From positions 1 to 64,000 of the IMG/VR virus record IMGVR_UViG_3300014208_000023: DNA of 64,000 nt; one strand, 5' to 3'. The translations under genes and the position numbers were made by a program. Below are positions 44,431 through 54,919 of this stretch, piece after piece. Position 1 is the stretch's first letter, and each line of letters begins with the position of its first letter. The DNA comes from a virus. Taxonomy: Duplodnaviria; Caudoviricetes. Under the pieces are notes generated by a model. It made no database searches and was not told the DNA's origin. It saw only the letters and a program-made list of their open reading frames with translations.

Positions 44431-44636
44431 GTAGTCATAGCCATGCAGGTATTATGCCAGCGACGATTTAAGTATGCATTCCAATTCGACTTGCACCAGT
44501 TAGTCGTATAAGCCCAGCTTTTGTAACGACGAATATCGTTCTCGCATCTACGAAAGAAAGAGACGCAACTACAGGAGTAGCAATTGGACATGCTATTGGG
44601 GCACTGATTACTTCTGGGTCCGACAATTGCGTTCAT
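44412..44636 (-). CDS. hypothetical protein
   Basis: ORF; weak. Confidence 0.4.
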   Translation of the reverse strand: MNAIVGPRSNQCPNSMSNCYSCSCVSFFRRCENDIRRYKSWAYTTNWCKSNWNAYLNRRWHNTCMAMTTWKCTQ

Positions 44637-44922
44637 TCGCGTACTCCTAGTATTAGGAGCCTTGTCTCATCTTTCAACTTTCATCTTGCGAATTTACGCA
44701 CGGTTATTTTGAACGAAGACAGCGGCTCGGACATGCAGCACTCGCACCCGTAGATGCTCCTCTTTCCTCTGCGCCTCCCGTATAGGAAGGGGCATTTGCT
44801 TTTCTGGAATCTTCTAAACTCGTCTTTGCACAATCATTCACCCACCGCGCTCTCATAAGACTTCCGACGCTTCTTCTTAGCCATTGTTATTGCCTCTAAC
44901 TCGTCTTGGTATTCAGAGAACT

Positions 44923-45225
44923 TCATTCTCTTTTACCCATCGGGTTGTCTTTGGTTGATTGCAAGCCAGTTACCAAGCCATTCTCCGTCATAAAGCACGG
45001 AAGCTCGCATGCATCGCAATAACAGTCCTCGTCAGAGTAACAAGTTTTTGCGCGAAGGTTGCAAGCGCACTGACAGTAAGGGCACTTGTCTTGCCCAATA
45101 CAATCAGTACATGGAGGGTCAAGTTCATTTGAGGGTGACACATTTGATTGTGTGAGCCCATATCCATCAGGTGATGCATCACAATAGATGCAGCCGCCGC
45201 ATCCAGCATACGCGGGACATGACAT
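44923..45225 (-). CDS. Cys-rich protein
   Basis: 14 Cys in 100 aa. Confidence 0.6.
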   Translation of the reverse strand: MSCPAYAGCGGCIYCDASPDGYGLTQSNVSPSNELDPPCTDCIGQDKCPYCQCACNLRAKTCYSDEDCYCDACELPCFMTENGLVTGLQSTKDNPMGKRE

Positions 45226-45570
45226 GTAGTCTCCTACTTGGAAAGGTAGAGCAACGCAACCACAACCACAACCACGGTAATGAAAGCTACCATGTCACGT
45301 CACCGGGCCGTAGATGGTATCAAGATGACTCAACCTTTTGGCAACCATCCTGCGCGTCCAACGTCCGCTGAAACGCTCCAGCCGATCCTCGATCGGCTGG
45401 AAGACATTCTGATAGACAACCGTTGCCAGCCTGGACAGCACCGAGTTATTGAGAAACGGATTCAGATCCACGGGCGTATCGTTGTAGTTCATTGACTTTC
45501 CTTTTAGGGTTAGAAACTTCCCGCCACCCCCAAGCTTACACTTGGGAGTGGAACGGAAGGGCCTTACTCC

Positions 45571-46110
45571 TTACTTCGCGTTGGCGTTTGCAGCGGGCTT
45601 GGCAGCCTCGGCAGCCTTCGCCGCCTCGACAAGCTTCGCAGCAGCCGCAAGCTCGGCAGCCGCATCTGCCTCACGCTTCGCATCTGCCGTTGCCTTCTCC
45701 TTCGTGAGCTTCTCCACAAGCTCAGCAGAGAGGCGCTTCTTGTAGTGGTAGCCGGCGTTGCGACCGCGCTCGATGTGGATAAACTCGCCCGGCTTGGAAT
45801 CGAGGAACGCACGGACGCGAACCTCGTACTCCGAACAAAGCTTCTCCGTGGGAACTTCCCCAAGGATACCGATCGCCATCTTCGCGACGATGCCAGGAGA
45901 CATGTTGCTCATCTTGGCGTACTTCTCGTCCGTCATGATCTTGGTCGTGGTGGTGACGACGGCACTCGTGATGCCCTTGTCCTCCTCCGCGTACTTGGTA
46001 GCAACCTCGCGAGCGTTCTTGACGCACGCCTCGATATCCACACCCGTGCCATTGCGGGCAACGGGAACCTCGAACGACGGGACCTTGGATTCGGTAGCGA
46101 TCTTAGCCAT
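45571..46110 (-). CDS. putative DNA-binding protein with Ala/Lys-rich tail; paralog of 1409..1879
   Basis: wing-like IERGRNAGYHY; AAKAAEAAK tail; strong GC3 bias; own sigma70 promoter. Confidence 0.75.
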   Translation of the reverse strand: MAKIATESKVPSFEVPVARNGTGVDIEACVKNAREVATKYAEEDKGITSAVVTTTTKIMTDEKYAKMSNMSPGIVAKMAIGILGEVPTEKLCSEYEVRVRAFLDSKPGEFIHIERGRNAGYHYKKRLSAELVEKLTKEKATADAKREADAAAELAAAAKLVEAAKAAEAAKPAANANAK

Positions 46111-46200
46111 GATGATAGTCTCTTTTCTTTTGAATGTTGAGTGTTTGTTTAAGAGCAGGAGCGACCCTCAACCCGTCGCGGTGCTCTGTGCTTGAAGTGT

Positions 46201-46229
46201 AAGATAGTTACTGCGACCGGCCTTGTCAA
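46201..46229 (-). promoter_or_regulatory. sigma70-type promoter
   Basis: TTGACA-17 nt-TATCTT. Confidence 0.75.
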
Positions 46230-46253
46230 GTACCGGCTTGTCGTTTTACGTTC

Positions 46254-46862
46254 TCATCCACGTGAGAACTTGGCGACGAAGTTCTTGGCCGTGCATCGAT
46301 GACCCAACCCCGCGGAAGTCTTTGCGGTTTTCTTGGTTGCCGTCTTACCACCGGGCCCGTGCCCGAGGATGCGACGCATTGCATCAACGCGGTGGATACG
46401 GGTAGTGACCCCATCTGCCATAGCGTCGATATAGACCGAGCTCTCATTCTGAAAGAGCTTGCGGTCGGCAATCTTCATTACCTCCGTATAGAGGTCTGCG
46501 TCATACACGGCAGTGCAGACTTCGCTCTCTCCGTCCTTCTCGAAAAGGAACATCTGGTACCTCTTCGGAAGGCCACGCTTCTTCGGCTCCGTAACCTTCT
46601 CGATCACCTTCGTGATCTCGCCGGTCTCCCTATTGATCTTCTCCGTAACCTTCTGAGGTTTCTCGGTGAGAGGATCCTTTTCCAGAGCCATCAGCGTAAC
46701 GATCTGCTGGAGAGCGCCGGTAGGGAAGATTGTCTTCTCTTCCAACATAGCGAGAACCGGCATGACAGTCGGAAAGGTGCAGAGAAAGTTTCGATGCTCA
46801 GCGAGAAACGTTGCAGCATCCACATGTCCAACTGCACGCTTCATAAAAGTATCGATCTTCAT
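46254..46862 (-). CDS. hypothetical protein
   Basis: 202-aa ORF with strong codon bias. Confidence 0.75.
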   Translation of the reverse strand: MKIDTFMKRAVGHVDAATFLAEHRNFLCTFPTVMPVLAMLEEKTIFPTGALQQIVTLMALEKDPLTEKPQKVTEKINRETGEITKVIEKVTEPKKRGLPKRYQMFLFEKDGESEVCTAVYDADLYTEVMKIADRKLFQNESSVYIDAMADGVTTRIHRVDAMRRILGHGPGGKTATKKTAKTSAGLGHRCTAKNFVAKFSRG

Positions 46863-47149
46863 TATTGATTCCTTTTCGGTATCATTGAGAACCCTACTTT
46901 ATCAGCAAGGCTCGTAGCCAGGTTTAGAACGCGCCCAGCCGGAAACTTATTGTTGGCGGGCAAAAGCACTTTCATGTAATAGTATCCGCCGTTACGACTA
47001 ACGGTACCAACTACTAACCAAGCATCCGTTGCGGTATGCGTCTTAATGATTGTAACACGCATATCGCGAAAGTCATCCGTAATAGAAACATCGTGAGAGT
47101 GGAACTTATTGTCAATCCCTTTCGTCACGAACTTAACTGACGGTCTCAT
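46862..47149 (-). CDS. hypothetical protein
   Basis: ORF in run. Confidence 0.65.
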   Translation of the reverse strand: MRPSVKFVTKGIDNKFHSHDVSITDDFRDMRVTIIKTHTATDAWLVVGTVSRNGGYYYMKVLLPANNKFPAGRVLNLATSLADKVGFSMIPKRNQ

Positions 47150-47169
47150 TCAGAATCCTTTCTTTAATA

Positions 47170-47203
47170 CCGGCCACTAACTTACATATAAACTAGTGGC
47201 CGG
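47170..47203. terminator. 10-bp perfect hairpin after basic peptide gene
   Basis: CCGGCCACTA/TAGTGGCCGG. Confidence 0.5.
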
Positions 47204-47225
47204 GGTTTAAAGAAGTGAGCCTTAC

Positions 47226-47375
47226 TTACTTCTTCGTGGCGGCCTTCTTCGTGGTGGTCTTCTTGGCATTCGCTCGACGAGTCGCCCATGCCTTGTTCGC
47301 AGCGACGGTACCGGGGCTGACCTTCGGCGTGGACTTGCGGGCGGTCTTCTTCGTGGACTTGGTATTGGTAGCCAT
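47226..47375 (-). CDS. 49-aa histone-H1-like basic peptide, absent from track
   Basis: hand translation MATNTKSTKKTARKSTPKVSPGTVAANKAWATRRANAKKTTTKKAATKK. Confidence 0.8.
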   Translation of the reverse strand: MATNTKSTKKTARKSTPKVSPGTVAANKAWATRRANAKKTTTKKAATKK

Positions 47376-47386
47376 ATTCTTCTTTC

Positions 47387-48070
47387 TTACGTTGTCGGTT
47401 TGTTAATGCAAACAATGTTTCCATTGCTCACACGCATTACTACAAGTCCCATCGGGCTACCGTCACATACGGCAGTATTGGATTGGTACCTGTAAAGGTT
47501 ACTCTTCCTAAAAGGAAGATGCTGGTTGGTTTCACACCTCGCTTTCTTATTCGTACGATACACGTTATCGTTCAGATAGTCAAGCCTTTTTGTATCGCAA
47601 GGTCCGTTCTTGCATTCACTACACAACACGCCGTTACATGCAAGATCATCCTTGTATCCAACTGCGAACGTAAGCATCACAATCCCATCCCAATGGGCCT
47701 TGTGTAGCAAGCGAAGACATTCATTCAGAACTTCTACGCTAGTAGGCAGAATGTTGCAGAGATCAATATTGACAGACGAGAGCGTTGCCGGAACACGATC
47801 CAGCAATGTATCTCTCACTCGTTGCTGAATACTACAGTAAACCGCATCGACTCCTCGCGCATATGCTAGGATCACGGCATTGTGATTAAGGTCACAAGCC
47901 AGAATCCTTTCGTTCCTAACTCCTCTGCCTTGAAGCTCGTCAATATCACCTCCATGTTCGGAAGCGATAATGATGTGGTTCTTACTGAAAAGATCCTTTT
48001 CGGGAATCTGATCGTATGCCCAGGACCTAGCAACCACCTTTGCGGGTGAGTCGCCGCGATACTTACTCAT
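47387..48070 (-). CDS. putative class I SAM-methyltransferase-like protein
   Basis: ASEHGGDI, LACDLN, VNIDLC, LTFAVG pattern; paralog of 62399..63037. Confidence 0.45.
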   Translation of the reverse strand: MSKYRGDSPAKVVARSWAYDQIPEKDLFSKNHIIIASEHGGDIDELQGRGVRNERILACDLNHNAVILAYARGVDAVYCSIQQRVRDTLLDRVPATLSSVNIDLCNILPTSVEVLNECLRLLHKAHWDGIVMLTFAVGYKDDLACNGVLCSECKNGPCDTKRLDYLNDNVYRTNKKARCETNQHLPFRKSNLYRYQSNTAVCDGSPMGLVVMRVSNGNIVCINKPTT

Positions 48071-48075
48071 TGATA

Positions 48076-48483
48076 CTAGCTCTGAGTTTTGCTAGTGTCA
48101 AGCTTGAACTTCTCGATCTGCTTGGTCGAGAAATTCTGACTGAGACCGGACTCCTTACACCACTTCAGGTAATTGACTACCAACGTGGTGTTGTCCTTAC
48201 TGAATCCGCACTTAACCCAATTGCTACTGCCGCATCCACGCGGCCACCGAAAGTTCTCCTCTACCAGAGAAAGTTTGGTCTTGATACCAGGAGCCTTCGC
48301 GACCGTAGGAGCCGAGCGAGTAGGCAGAAGGTGAGGAAACTGCTCGGTAGCAATCTTTGCCGGCTTCTTCTCGAATGAGATCGTTGAAGCGAGATCCCTC
48401 AGAATCACCGGCTTGAACGCCGCCGGGACTTCAGCGAAGAGATCGTGAAGCTCATTGAGTGTGTCACGCAGAGTCTTGGACAT
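48076..48483 (-). CDS. hypothetical protein
   Basis: ORF with GGAG RBS. Confidence 0.65.
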   Translation of the reverse strand: MSKTLRDTLNELHDLFAEVPAAFKPVILRDLASTISFEKKPAKIATEQFPHLLPTRSAPTVAKAPGIKTKLSLVEENFRWPRGCGSSNWVKCGFSKDNTTLVVNYLKWCKESGLSQNFSTKQIEKFKLDTSKTQS

Positions 48484-48589
48484 ACGAATACTCCTTTACG
48501 GTCGTAGTTGGAACGGATAGAGCGGGGATATTACCAATCCAGCTACCAGACCGATAACGATACAGATTGATAGAAACCACACCCACCAT

Positions 48590-48913
48590 TCAATTTCTTT
48601 TTGCATCACCCTTACTCTTGGGCTTGCGTTCGTAGTAACCATTCTTGGCATGAATGAACTGGCCGATCCAGTCATCATACTCAGACTTAGCTTCTAGCAG
48701 CATCTTGTTATAGGTGCCGTACTGAGTGAGAGCCGCATACTCAATCACGCTTGCCATCGTGCTAGGACCGGCAAACGCAATTCTCGCGGCAATCAATTCA
48801 GCTTCGCTTGCCGAATGAGCATCCACAATAACAACCTTGTAGGTGGTTACTACGATTTCCTTGCCGGCCTTGCTAGCTGATTCTAGCCTCACGAACCAAG
48901 TAGCTACGCTCAC
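48590..48913 (-). CDS. hypothetical protein
   Basis: ORF in run. Confidence 0.6.
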   Translation of the reverse strand: MSVATWFVRLESASKAGKEIVVTTYKVVIVDAHSASEAELIAARIAFAGPSTMASVIEYAALTQYGTYNKMLLEAKSEYDDWIGQFIHAKNGYYERKPKSKGDAKRN

Positions 48914-49635
48914 GAATGACTACTCCAGTCGTGCCCGCCATCACGAGAGTGATTGATAATCCCTCCGTGATAGAAAGCCTTTCCGTTCGGGTAGCAGGCT
49001 TGCCAGTCAAACTCATTCTCGTTTCTCATGTAGAGACGAAGAGTCGCGGTCTGATGGAAGCCGTTGGTTGCGTTGCGAACCATTGCCATGCGTCCCTCTG
49101 CGCAGTGACGGAAAGTATCTCCACCATTCTTGAGGAGATTATTCCAGTGCGCTTCCGCTTCCTCGGCCTTGTACTCTCCGAAGTCGAGACGAACATTGCC
49201 AAGCCCCTGACCGTAGAGACGGCATGAACGCTTGCGGTGTTCGGCAGAGACTTCAATAACAGTTTTGCCTTCATAGCTAAGACCATTATTGTGGCGAAGC
49301 CACCAAATCTTAGTGGCGAGCCTAAGAACGGCCTTCATAAAGGTTCCGGGCATCCAAGCCTTGTAGTACGGAATCTCCGCAATACCGGCCTTTGTGTTCG
49401 GCATACCATCCATGTTGTAGAACGTCCACTGGTCCCCATACACGGTAACTTTGTGGTAGCCATCTTCGGCAGAATGCGCTTTGCCGTGGATGAGATCCGC
49501 GAAGACTTTCTTGGTCATCATAAACCATACCCATCGAAGTCCAGGGGCATCCTTCTCTCGGTCGCCGTGAATGGCGATCAAGTCACTGGTACCATCGTTC
49601 CACACTTCGATACGCAGCTTGGTAAAGTTTTCCAT
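48910..49635 (-). CDS. hypothetical protein
   Basis: 241-aa ORF; ends GGIINHSRDGGHDWSSHS. Confidence 0.75.
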   Translation of the reverse strand: MENFTKLRIEVWNDGTSDLIAIHGDREKDAPGLRWVWFMMTKKVFADLIHGKAHSAEDGYHKVTVYGDQWTFYNMDGMPNTKAGIAEIPYYKAWMPGTFMKAVLRLATKIWWLRHNNGLSYEGKTVIEVSAEHRKRSCRLYGQGLGNVRLDFGEYKAEEAEAHWNNLLKNGGDTFRHCAEGRMAMVRNATNGFHQTATLRLYMRNENEFDWQACYPNGKAFYHGGIINHSRDGGHDWSSHS

Positions 49636-49829
49636 GAACCTTCTCCCTTGTAATTCGTTTAGTGGACGGCCATGCTTTGTAGCATGAGCCTACGACACCT
49701 TGCAAGCTTGTGCATAGTAGAATAACGAAGGGCGAGACCGAGATAGACTTGTTTGACTTGCGGGGTCTCAGCAAGAATCGCTAGTGATTCTGCGATACCC
49801 ATCTTCACGAGCAATTCTGTTTCCAGCAT

Positions 49830-50021
49830 TCAATCCTCGTGAATGGTTACGGTCATAACCTGGAGAGTTTTATTATCCTGAAACTTACGCTCCAGAATGT
49901 CCTTCAGGATGCCAGCAATCGGAATTGATTCCAGAGCCTCATTGAGAGCCTCCATCTCACAATCCTCGACTACGGTACCGGGACAATGAATATTGACCGT
50001 GTATGTTTTGAATAGAGACAT
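49830..50021 (-). CDS. hypothetical protein
   Basis: ORF in run. Confidence 0.6.
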   Translation of the reverse strand: MSLFKTYTVNIHCPGTVVEDCEMEALNEALESIPIAGILKDILERKFQDNKTLQVMTVTIHED

Positions 50022-50170
50022 TACTTGCCTTTGCGCTTGGACTTGTACTTGTCCGTCTTTGGCTTTTTATTTGCGTTCTCTCCGCCGTGTGGAGGACAGA
50101 AAGGACACTTCTTAGTGGCCTTAGTAATCTTCTTCCACCTACGTCGCTTGCTCTTTGGCGTAGCCCCCAT
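50021..50170 (-). CDS. 49-aa basic peptide with CPFCPPH motif, absent from track
   Basis: hand translation MGATPKSKRRRWKKITKATKKCPFCPPHGGENANKKPKTDKYKSKRKGK; GGAG RBS; TAATG coupling. Confidence 0.75.
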   Translation of the reverse strand: MGATPKSKRRRWKKITKATKKCPFCPPHGGENANKKPKTDKYKSKRKGK

Positions 50171-50172
50171 TG

Positions 50173-50406
50173 TCACTCCACCTTTACGAATGCAATTGCT
50201 CGACGATGCTCATCGATGGTTTCATTGCACTCATTGAGAAACTGTAGAAAGTTTCTTGCGGCCCCAAGCTTTTCGTTTGCTCCTACATGATCGCCAAGTG
50301 CCATTCGATAGACAGCTTCCAATTGAGCCTGGGTAGCTCGTAACTTGTAAAGCTCAAACTGCCGCTCCGCGAATGCTAGCCGATGCGCATGTTCTTGCTT
50401 ATCCAT
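50173..50406 (-). CDS. hypothetical protein
   Basis: ORF with AAGGA RBS. Confidence 0.65.
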   Translation of the reverse strand: MDKQEHAHRLAFAERQFELYKLRATQAQLEAVYRMALGDHVGANEKLGAARNFLQFLNECNETIDEHRRAIAFVKVE

Positions 50407-51216
50407 AGGAATCCTTTATCGGTAGGGAGAAGAGAGTTGCCCTCTAACACGAGAGGCATGATGCTCCATTATCCAGTATCGAGCATTAGCTTGGCGCCTT
50501 TTACGAGCACGCCACTTATCTCTAATAACTAGATGTAGCAGATTGAGCCAAGTACCAGCCAGCATTACTGACCAAACAACATACTCGTTCATCATTTACC
50601 CGTCAGAATGAATGGGCGAGACCACGGGCAGTTTTCGCACGGCCTTTTGTGCGTATGCTTCGGATGCTTACAGGCTTCTTGCCAGCGAGCCCAGGCATCA
50701 GCAGCCTCTTCTTCTTTGGACCTTTTCATTTACGTCTCCGAAGATTTTCCCGTATTACAGATCCGCCATATACAGAATAGAAAGTGTCCAGTCCTTTCGG
50801 GTCAATGGCGTATGGCTGGTAAAGATGACAGATATAACACTGCGCCTTGTATCGTTTGATGTATTGCTTCATACACCCTCCCATAGACACAAGAGCAATC
50901 TTGTAGCTATGGGAAGAGGCCAGGCTTAGGGCCTGGCGTTCCTCGGTAACTATTGGTATTAGCGGTTCAAAGGATTAGTTCACTTCATATCAGTTGTGTT
51001 CTTTACGAAGACAGTCAATCCCAGTGACAGATCCAATGTGTGGCATACTAGCCGTTCGGGACAGGATGCGGACAATATAATCCGCTGGTATCCAGACTAG
51101 TTTAGCCATTACCTTAGCGCAAGGGCAGGTACCCGTTTTCATCTATTGGTTGTTATAATTAGATTCGGCTCAAGTATGGCCGTTACTGACCTAGACCTAT
51201 CGATCTAGGTACGTCT

Positions 51217-51441
51217 TTAGCCGGTCACGTCCGTACGACGTGACGGATATGTTCTACCGGACTCCTGACAGCGCCTAGTGATCGGTGCGTCGTCTTCAAG
51301 AAGATGAGACTGAATCTTATCCCTCAGAGCCGCAACACGCTGATACTTGGAAACGAATGTTGAGGAGCTTGACCGAAGATGCACGGCCTTGTCATGCAGA
51401 GCATCCTGAATCATAGCCAACTCTTCTCGCGAGAACTTCAT
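51217..51441 (-). CDS. hypothetical protein
   Basis: ORF with GGAG RBS. Confidence 0.6.
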   Translation of the reverse strand: MKFSREELAMIQDALHDKAVHLRSSSSTFVSKYQRVAALRDKIQSHLLEDDAPITRRCQESGRTYPSRRTDVTG

Positions 51442-51767
51442 TCGATTGCGCTCCTACCGGAGAGTTAGTCCGACTTGATACGTGTTACCGTGATGCCAGA
51501 CCTTTACAGTCAGACGATCACTTGAGTATGGAATTAGAGCTTCATACGCGCTCCATGCCTTGACAGCCTCCTTATCGGTGCCGGACTTGGCTAGAACCAG
51601 AAGCGTGTATGCAGAAATTCTCATCCATCCATTCCCATAGCAATCAGGATCTTGCTTTTGTTCCTACGCAGCTTTGCATTCCTGCGCTTCACTACTCGCC
51701 GGGAATTGAAGCCCGGCCCAGCAATTACCTTATCTGCGAGAATGTGATCCTTACGAAGCTTTCTCAT

Positions 51768-52223
51768 TCAGAGACCTTTCGGTAGGTGTGACTTGCTACG
51801 ATAGAAACCGGAAGCCTTACCTCGCTTGATATAGGGCACCTTATTCGCGGCAATCTCCTCGTCAAGATGAGTCTTGACTAGAGCAATGTTACAGTCCAGC
51901 AGACTGAAGTTGCCGTACAGTGAATCCAATCGCGCGGCAATAAAGCCTGCCATTGCCTGCTTGGCAATTTGAATGCACGTAGGATACTTGTCCCAAACCC
52001 AATCATAGGCGGCCATGATCTGCTCGCGGGTAGGAGAGAGCATCTCCACCGACGTAACGTTTGAATCCCAAGTTTCAACGACCGCCTCTGAATCTCCACT
52101 AAGGAAACCATTCGCCGCGATGTGGTTGATTGCATGTTGGTGCAATCGATTGGTTGCATCCTGTTCATCTTCGGGAACGTTGTCGAGAACCACCCTAATC
52201 GTGATAGTCGAATACAGGCGCAT
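51768..52223 (-). CDS. hypothetical protein
   Basis: C-terminal IKRGKASGFY wing-like motif. Confidence 0.65.
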   Translation of the reverse strand: MRLYSTITIRVVLDNVPEDEQDATNRLHQHAINHIAANGFLSGDSEAVVETWDSNVTSVEMLSPTREQIMAAYDWVWDKYPTCIQIAKQAMAGFIAARLDSLYGNFSLLDCNIALVKTHLDEEIAANKVPYIKRGKASGFYRSKSHLPKGL

Positions 52224-52478
52224 CTAGTTCTTTCTCAGTTGGGCAACGATTGAGGTTACGGCAACCTTGATTGCTTCCGTAACCATCAGTTGATTCACGT
52301 CCTTCACAAAGGGAGGTTCGAGCTTAGCGAATGCCTCATTAGCAGCTCGCATGCCTTCCGCGCTGATCTTGCTAAGGTCCCAGATATTGATCTGAGCGCC
52401 TTGAATGCACGTCTTGACAATCGCCTCCACCTTAGCTTCGAGAGCCTTCTCTTCTTTCGTTCTTCGCGGCTTACCCAT
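52224..52478 (-). CDS. hypothetical protein
   Basis: ORF with AGGA RBS. Confidence 0.65.
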   Translation of the reverse strand: MGKPRRTKEEKALEAKVEAIVKTCIQGAQINIWDLSKISAEGMRAANEAFAKLEPPFVKDVNQLMVTEAIKVAVTSIVAQLRKN

Positions 52479-52588
52479 GTGGTTGTTCCTATGAAGTGAC
52501 GGAGACCTAAACCGCCGTGCATCAGTCCGATTAGGAGTATGACGGCGAATTGCACACTTATGAATATCCAGTTAGCCATTAGACTTTT

Positions 52589-52792
52589 CTTCCAACCAAG
52601 AGACAGACTGATTAGCGGCCCTTTGTTCGACACGGATAACTAGTAAGGAAATACTAGATTAGCCTTGGCGGCCGAGTATGTATGACGCCCTAAAGCTAGC
52701 CACACATACCCATTGACACCGTGCCTACTTTCTTTGCCTATTCGCGCATAATCAGTCTGACTCTTGGTTAGAAGGCGGAGCCGAAGCTCCGC
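52589..52792 (-). repeat. GC-hairpin + CCTTCT long-stem element
   Basis: GCGGAGC TTCG GCTCCGC then AACCAAGAG/CTCTTGGTT plus CAGACTGATTA/TAATCAGTCTG; ~135-nt loop. Confidence 0.8.
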
Positions 52793-53011
52793 ATCCTAAT
52801 CATCCGATGTAGATGTTTCCCTCTTCGGAGATATCCACGCTGTATCTCCCTTCGTTGTCTTCGGTCTTACGCAGAAGCACAATCAGCGCTTGCTTATCTG
52901 CCTTGACCCAAGTTTTCCCTTCCTTGAAACCATCCTCACTTACCGTGAGAATGACTCCAACATACACATCTGCGCCGACTGATACCGTTGCCAGCGTCTC
53001 TTTGCGAGTCA

Positions 53012-53305
53012 TCAGCATGACATGAGCCTTGCGAGCGGCTTCTTGGTTCCGCTCATCATCAGCCGCTTCTTGTATCCACAACCGATGTTGATACAATTGA
53101 AGTAGAAGACGGCCTTTGCGAGATCGGCCTTGATTGTGTATCGGGACTTGTAGGCACCCTTCACATGCCTACCGACTTCTACGGTAAAGACCGTCTCCGA
53201 CGAGAATGCGATCGGCTTACCGTTGAAGTTGGCGGTAATGATTCTCACCTGCTTATCGTCTTCCGGCATCTTTTTCACTCCTGTATATCCAGCAATGACT
53301 ACCAT
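53012..53305 (-). CDS. hypothetical phage protein
   Basis: ORF in run. Confidence 0.65.
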   Translation of the reverse strand: MVVIAGYTGVKKMPEDDKQVRIITANFNGKPIAFSSETVFTVEVGRHVKGAYKSRYTIKADLAKAVFYFNCINIGCGYKKRLMMSGTKKPLARLMSC

Positions 53306-53718
53306 CAGAAAGGCTTTCCGGGCTCACCCTTCCAGGTGTAGGTGGACTTGATATCCTTGACGGGATTGGCTTCCGAGATTGCCGAATAGATGCTAGTCCA
53401 TCCGTTCTGGCTGAGAAGCTGAACCTCATCACGATTGAGAAGAGAGGCATTCTTCAGAAAGGCCGGATGGGCAGGAACCCAATGGCGCCATTCGAGGTTG
53501 TGCAAGTAAAGAGACTCCATCTTGGCATCCCAATACCCACGCAGATACTCCTTAGCATGCACCGGAAGGTCTGTCCAGCGTGGATCGCTGAAAAGATCCT
53601 TCTCTCTCTGCTGTAGAAGAACTTCGTGTTTCGGCCGAGAGTAGATTGCCAGCAGGAAGATGTTGCAAACTCTCTCCGCAAAAATCTTCTTGCGCTCGAT
53701 AACCTGATTGGTTCTCAT
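53305..53718 (-). CDS. hypothetical protein
   Basis: ORF in run. Confidence 0.65.
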   Translation of the reverse strand: MRTNQVIERKKIFAERVCNIFLLAIYSRPKHEVLLQQREKDLFSDPRWTDLPVHAKEYLRGYWDAKMESLYLHNLEWRHWVPAHPAFLKNASLLNRDEVQLLSQNGWTSIYSAISEANPVKDIKSTYTWKGEPGKPF

Positions 53719-54005
53719 TAGAGCTTCACTCCTAGATACGGATGAACATGACCGGCCGGGAAGTGGCCTACGTCATTGACCGCACCACAATAAGGGCACG
53801 GTGACATTGAAAGGTAAGGCGGCTCGGTCCTCAAGTCAACCACCCCACCGCGAGGAAGTTTCCATGCAACATCGATACCGTTCGGGTCGGTAAAGACCGT
53901 GATGCCGTCTTCTTCCGTACGGCAAGTTACCCGTACGAATGTTTCCGGCTTCGCCTTAGCCTTTCGTTTCTCACTCATCGGAGCTTGAAAACATAGTCGT
54001 CCCAT
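53718..54005 (-). CDS. hypothetical protein
   Basis: CPYCG..H; start probably MSEKRK. Confidence 0.55.
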   Translation of the reverse strand: MGRLCFQAPMSEKRKAKAKPETFVRVTCRTEEDGITVFTDPNGIDVAWKLPRGGVVDLRTEPPYLSMSPCPYCGAVNDVGHFPAGHVHPYLGVKL

Positions 54006-54301
54006 GCCTCTTCTAGATCGTTCCAGGTTTCTGAGCCGAGATAGAAAGACCCGTCCGTTGCGTCGATACTTCTACGGCAGAAAGCAGCGAAGTAATCTTT
54101 GTGACTAGACGAGTGAATGGTTGCGGCGGCTTCTTTGATCAGCTTATCGTAAACACGCTCGCTGATTCCATGACCGATCACCTCGGGGCTTAGACCATCT
54201 TCGATGATCTCCTCTGACTGGACTGCACCAGGATAGAGACCCCACGACTTGAAGAATGCACGAACGCTAGTGAACGGGGCCAGCATGTTCTTACTTGCCA
54301 T
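53975..54301 (-). CDS. hypothetical protein
   Basis: ORF in run. Confidence 0.65.
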   Translation of the reverse strand: MASKNMLAPFTSVRAFFKSWGLYPGAVQSEEIIEDGLSPEVIGHGISERVYDKLIKEAAATIHSSSHKDYFAAFCRRSIDATDGSFYLGSETWNDLEEAWDDYVFKLR

Positions 54302-54772
54302 TCATGCTCCGTGGTAGGTGACGAGGATCCATTCGACAAGATCCATGTTGAACTGAGCGATCCAGATAGGATGATTCAGATGCATCCACTCGGCCGTCTC
54401 TTGCCTGTAAGAATCGTTCAGACGAATCCCAGGCCTATCATCGGCAGCAGCGGCGGCCAAAGAGTAATACTTGCTTACGGCCGCCTTGAGAATTTCCGAG
54501 TTGAAGGCAGGCGCGAGATAGTTACCGCGAGCATACTCCGTCAGCGCGAAAGTATGGCCGGGAATGTTCTCCTTCGCCCACTCGTAAGCCTTAGCCTTAC
54601 TAGCGAAGCATCCTCGGGTAATGATGGAGAACGGGCCGGACTTCTCCGTAGGATGCCACTTCGTTGCTCCAACATGAACATAGGAGAGTAGAATGCTCCA
54701 ATACGTTCGCGGGTCTTCGACGTTGCAGTTACAGACCAGCTCCGTTTGATTGCAGTGAATGCAGAGACTCAT
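54302..54772 (-). CDS. hypothetical protein
   Basis: ORF with GAGGA RBS. Confidence 0.65.
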   Translation of the reverse strand: MSLCIHCNQTELVCNCNVEDPRTYWSILLSYVHVGATKWHPTEKSGPFSIITRGCFASKAKAYEWAKENIPGHTFALTEYARGNYLAPAFNSEILKAAVSKYYSLAAAAADDRPGIRLNDSYRQETAEWMHLNHPIWIAQFNMDLVEWILVTYHGA

Positions 54773-54919
54773 TCCTCATCCTTAGTCCTCTCCGATAGAA
54801 GAGGTGGTAGTGAGACATTCTTCGGAAGCTACGCACCGGACTGTAGTAACAATCCCGGCAAAGCCTGTAGTCGGAAAGAGGGTGTAGGTCTTCTCCTTTA
54901 CACCCGAGAGTGCTGCACT

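Noticed and set aside
47215-47406. Plus-strand hydrophobic ORF
   Set aside because: It is the reverse complement of the Lys-rich peptide gene 47226..47375.
48073-48101. TTGACA-17-TAGTAT promoter match
   Set aside because: Lies inside a gene and its -10 is only 2 nt from the next ATG, too close to yield that protein; not called.
49636-49770. Possible degenerate CCTTCT-stem copies (also 55481-55550 and 56371-56430)
   Set aside because: Stems are short or interrupted and were not counted as members without a covariance-model score.
51700-51718. T-arm-like CCGGG CTTCAATT CCCGG, and GTAGG TTCGATC near 63890
   Set aside because: No acceptor or other arms; the second lies within an ORF; compatible with chance.
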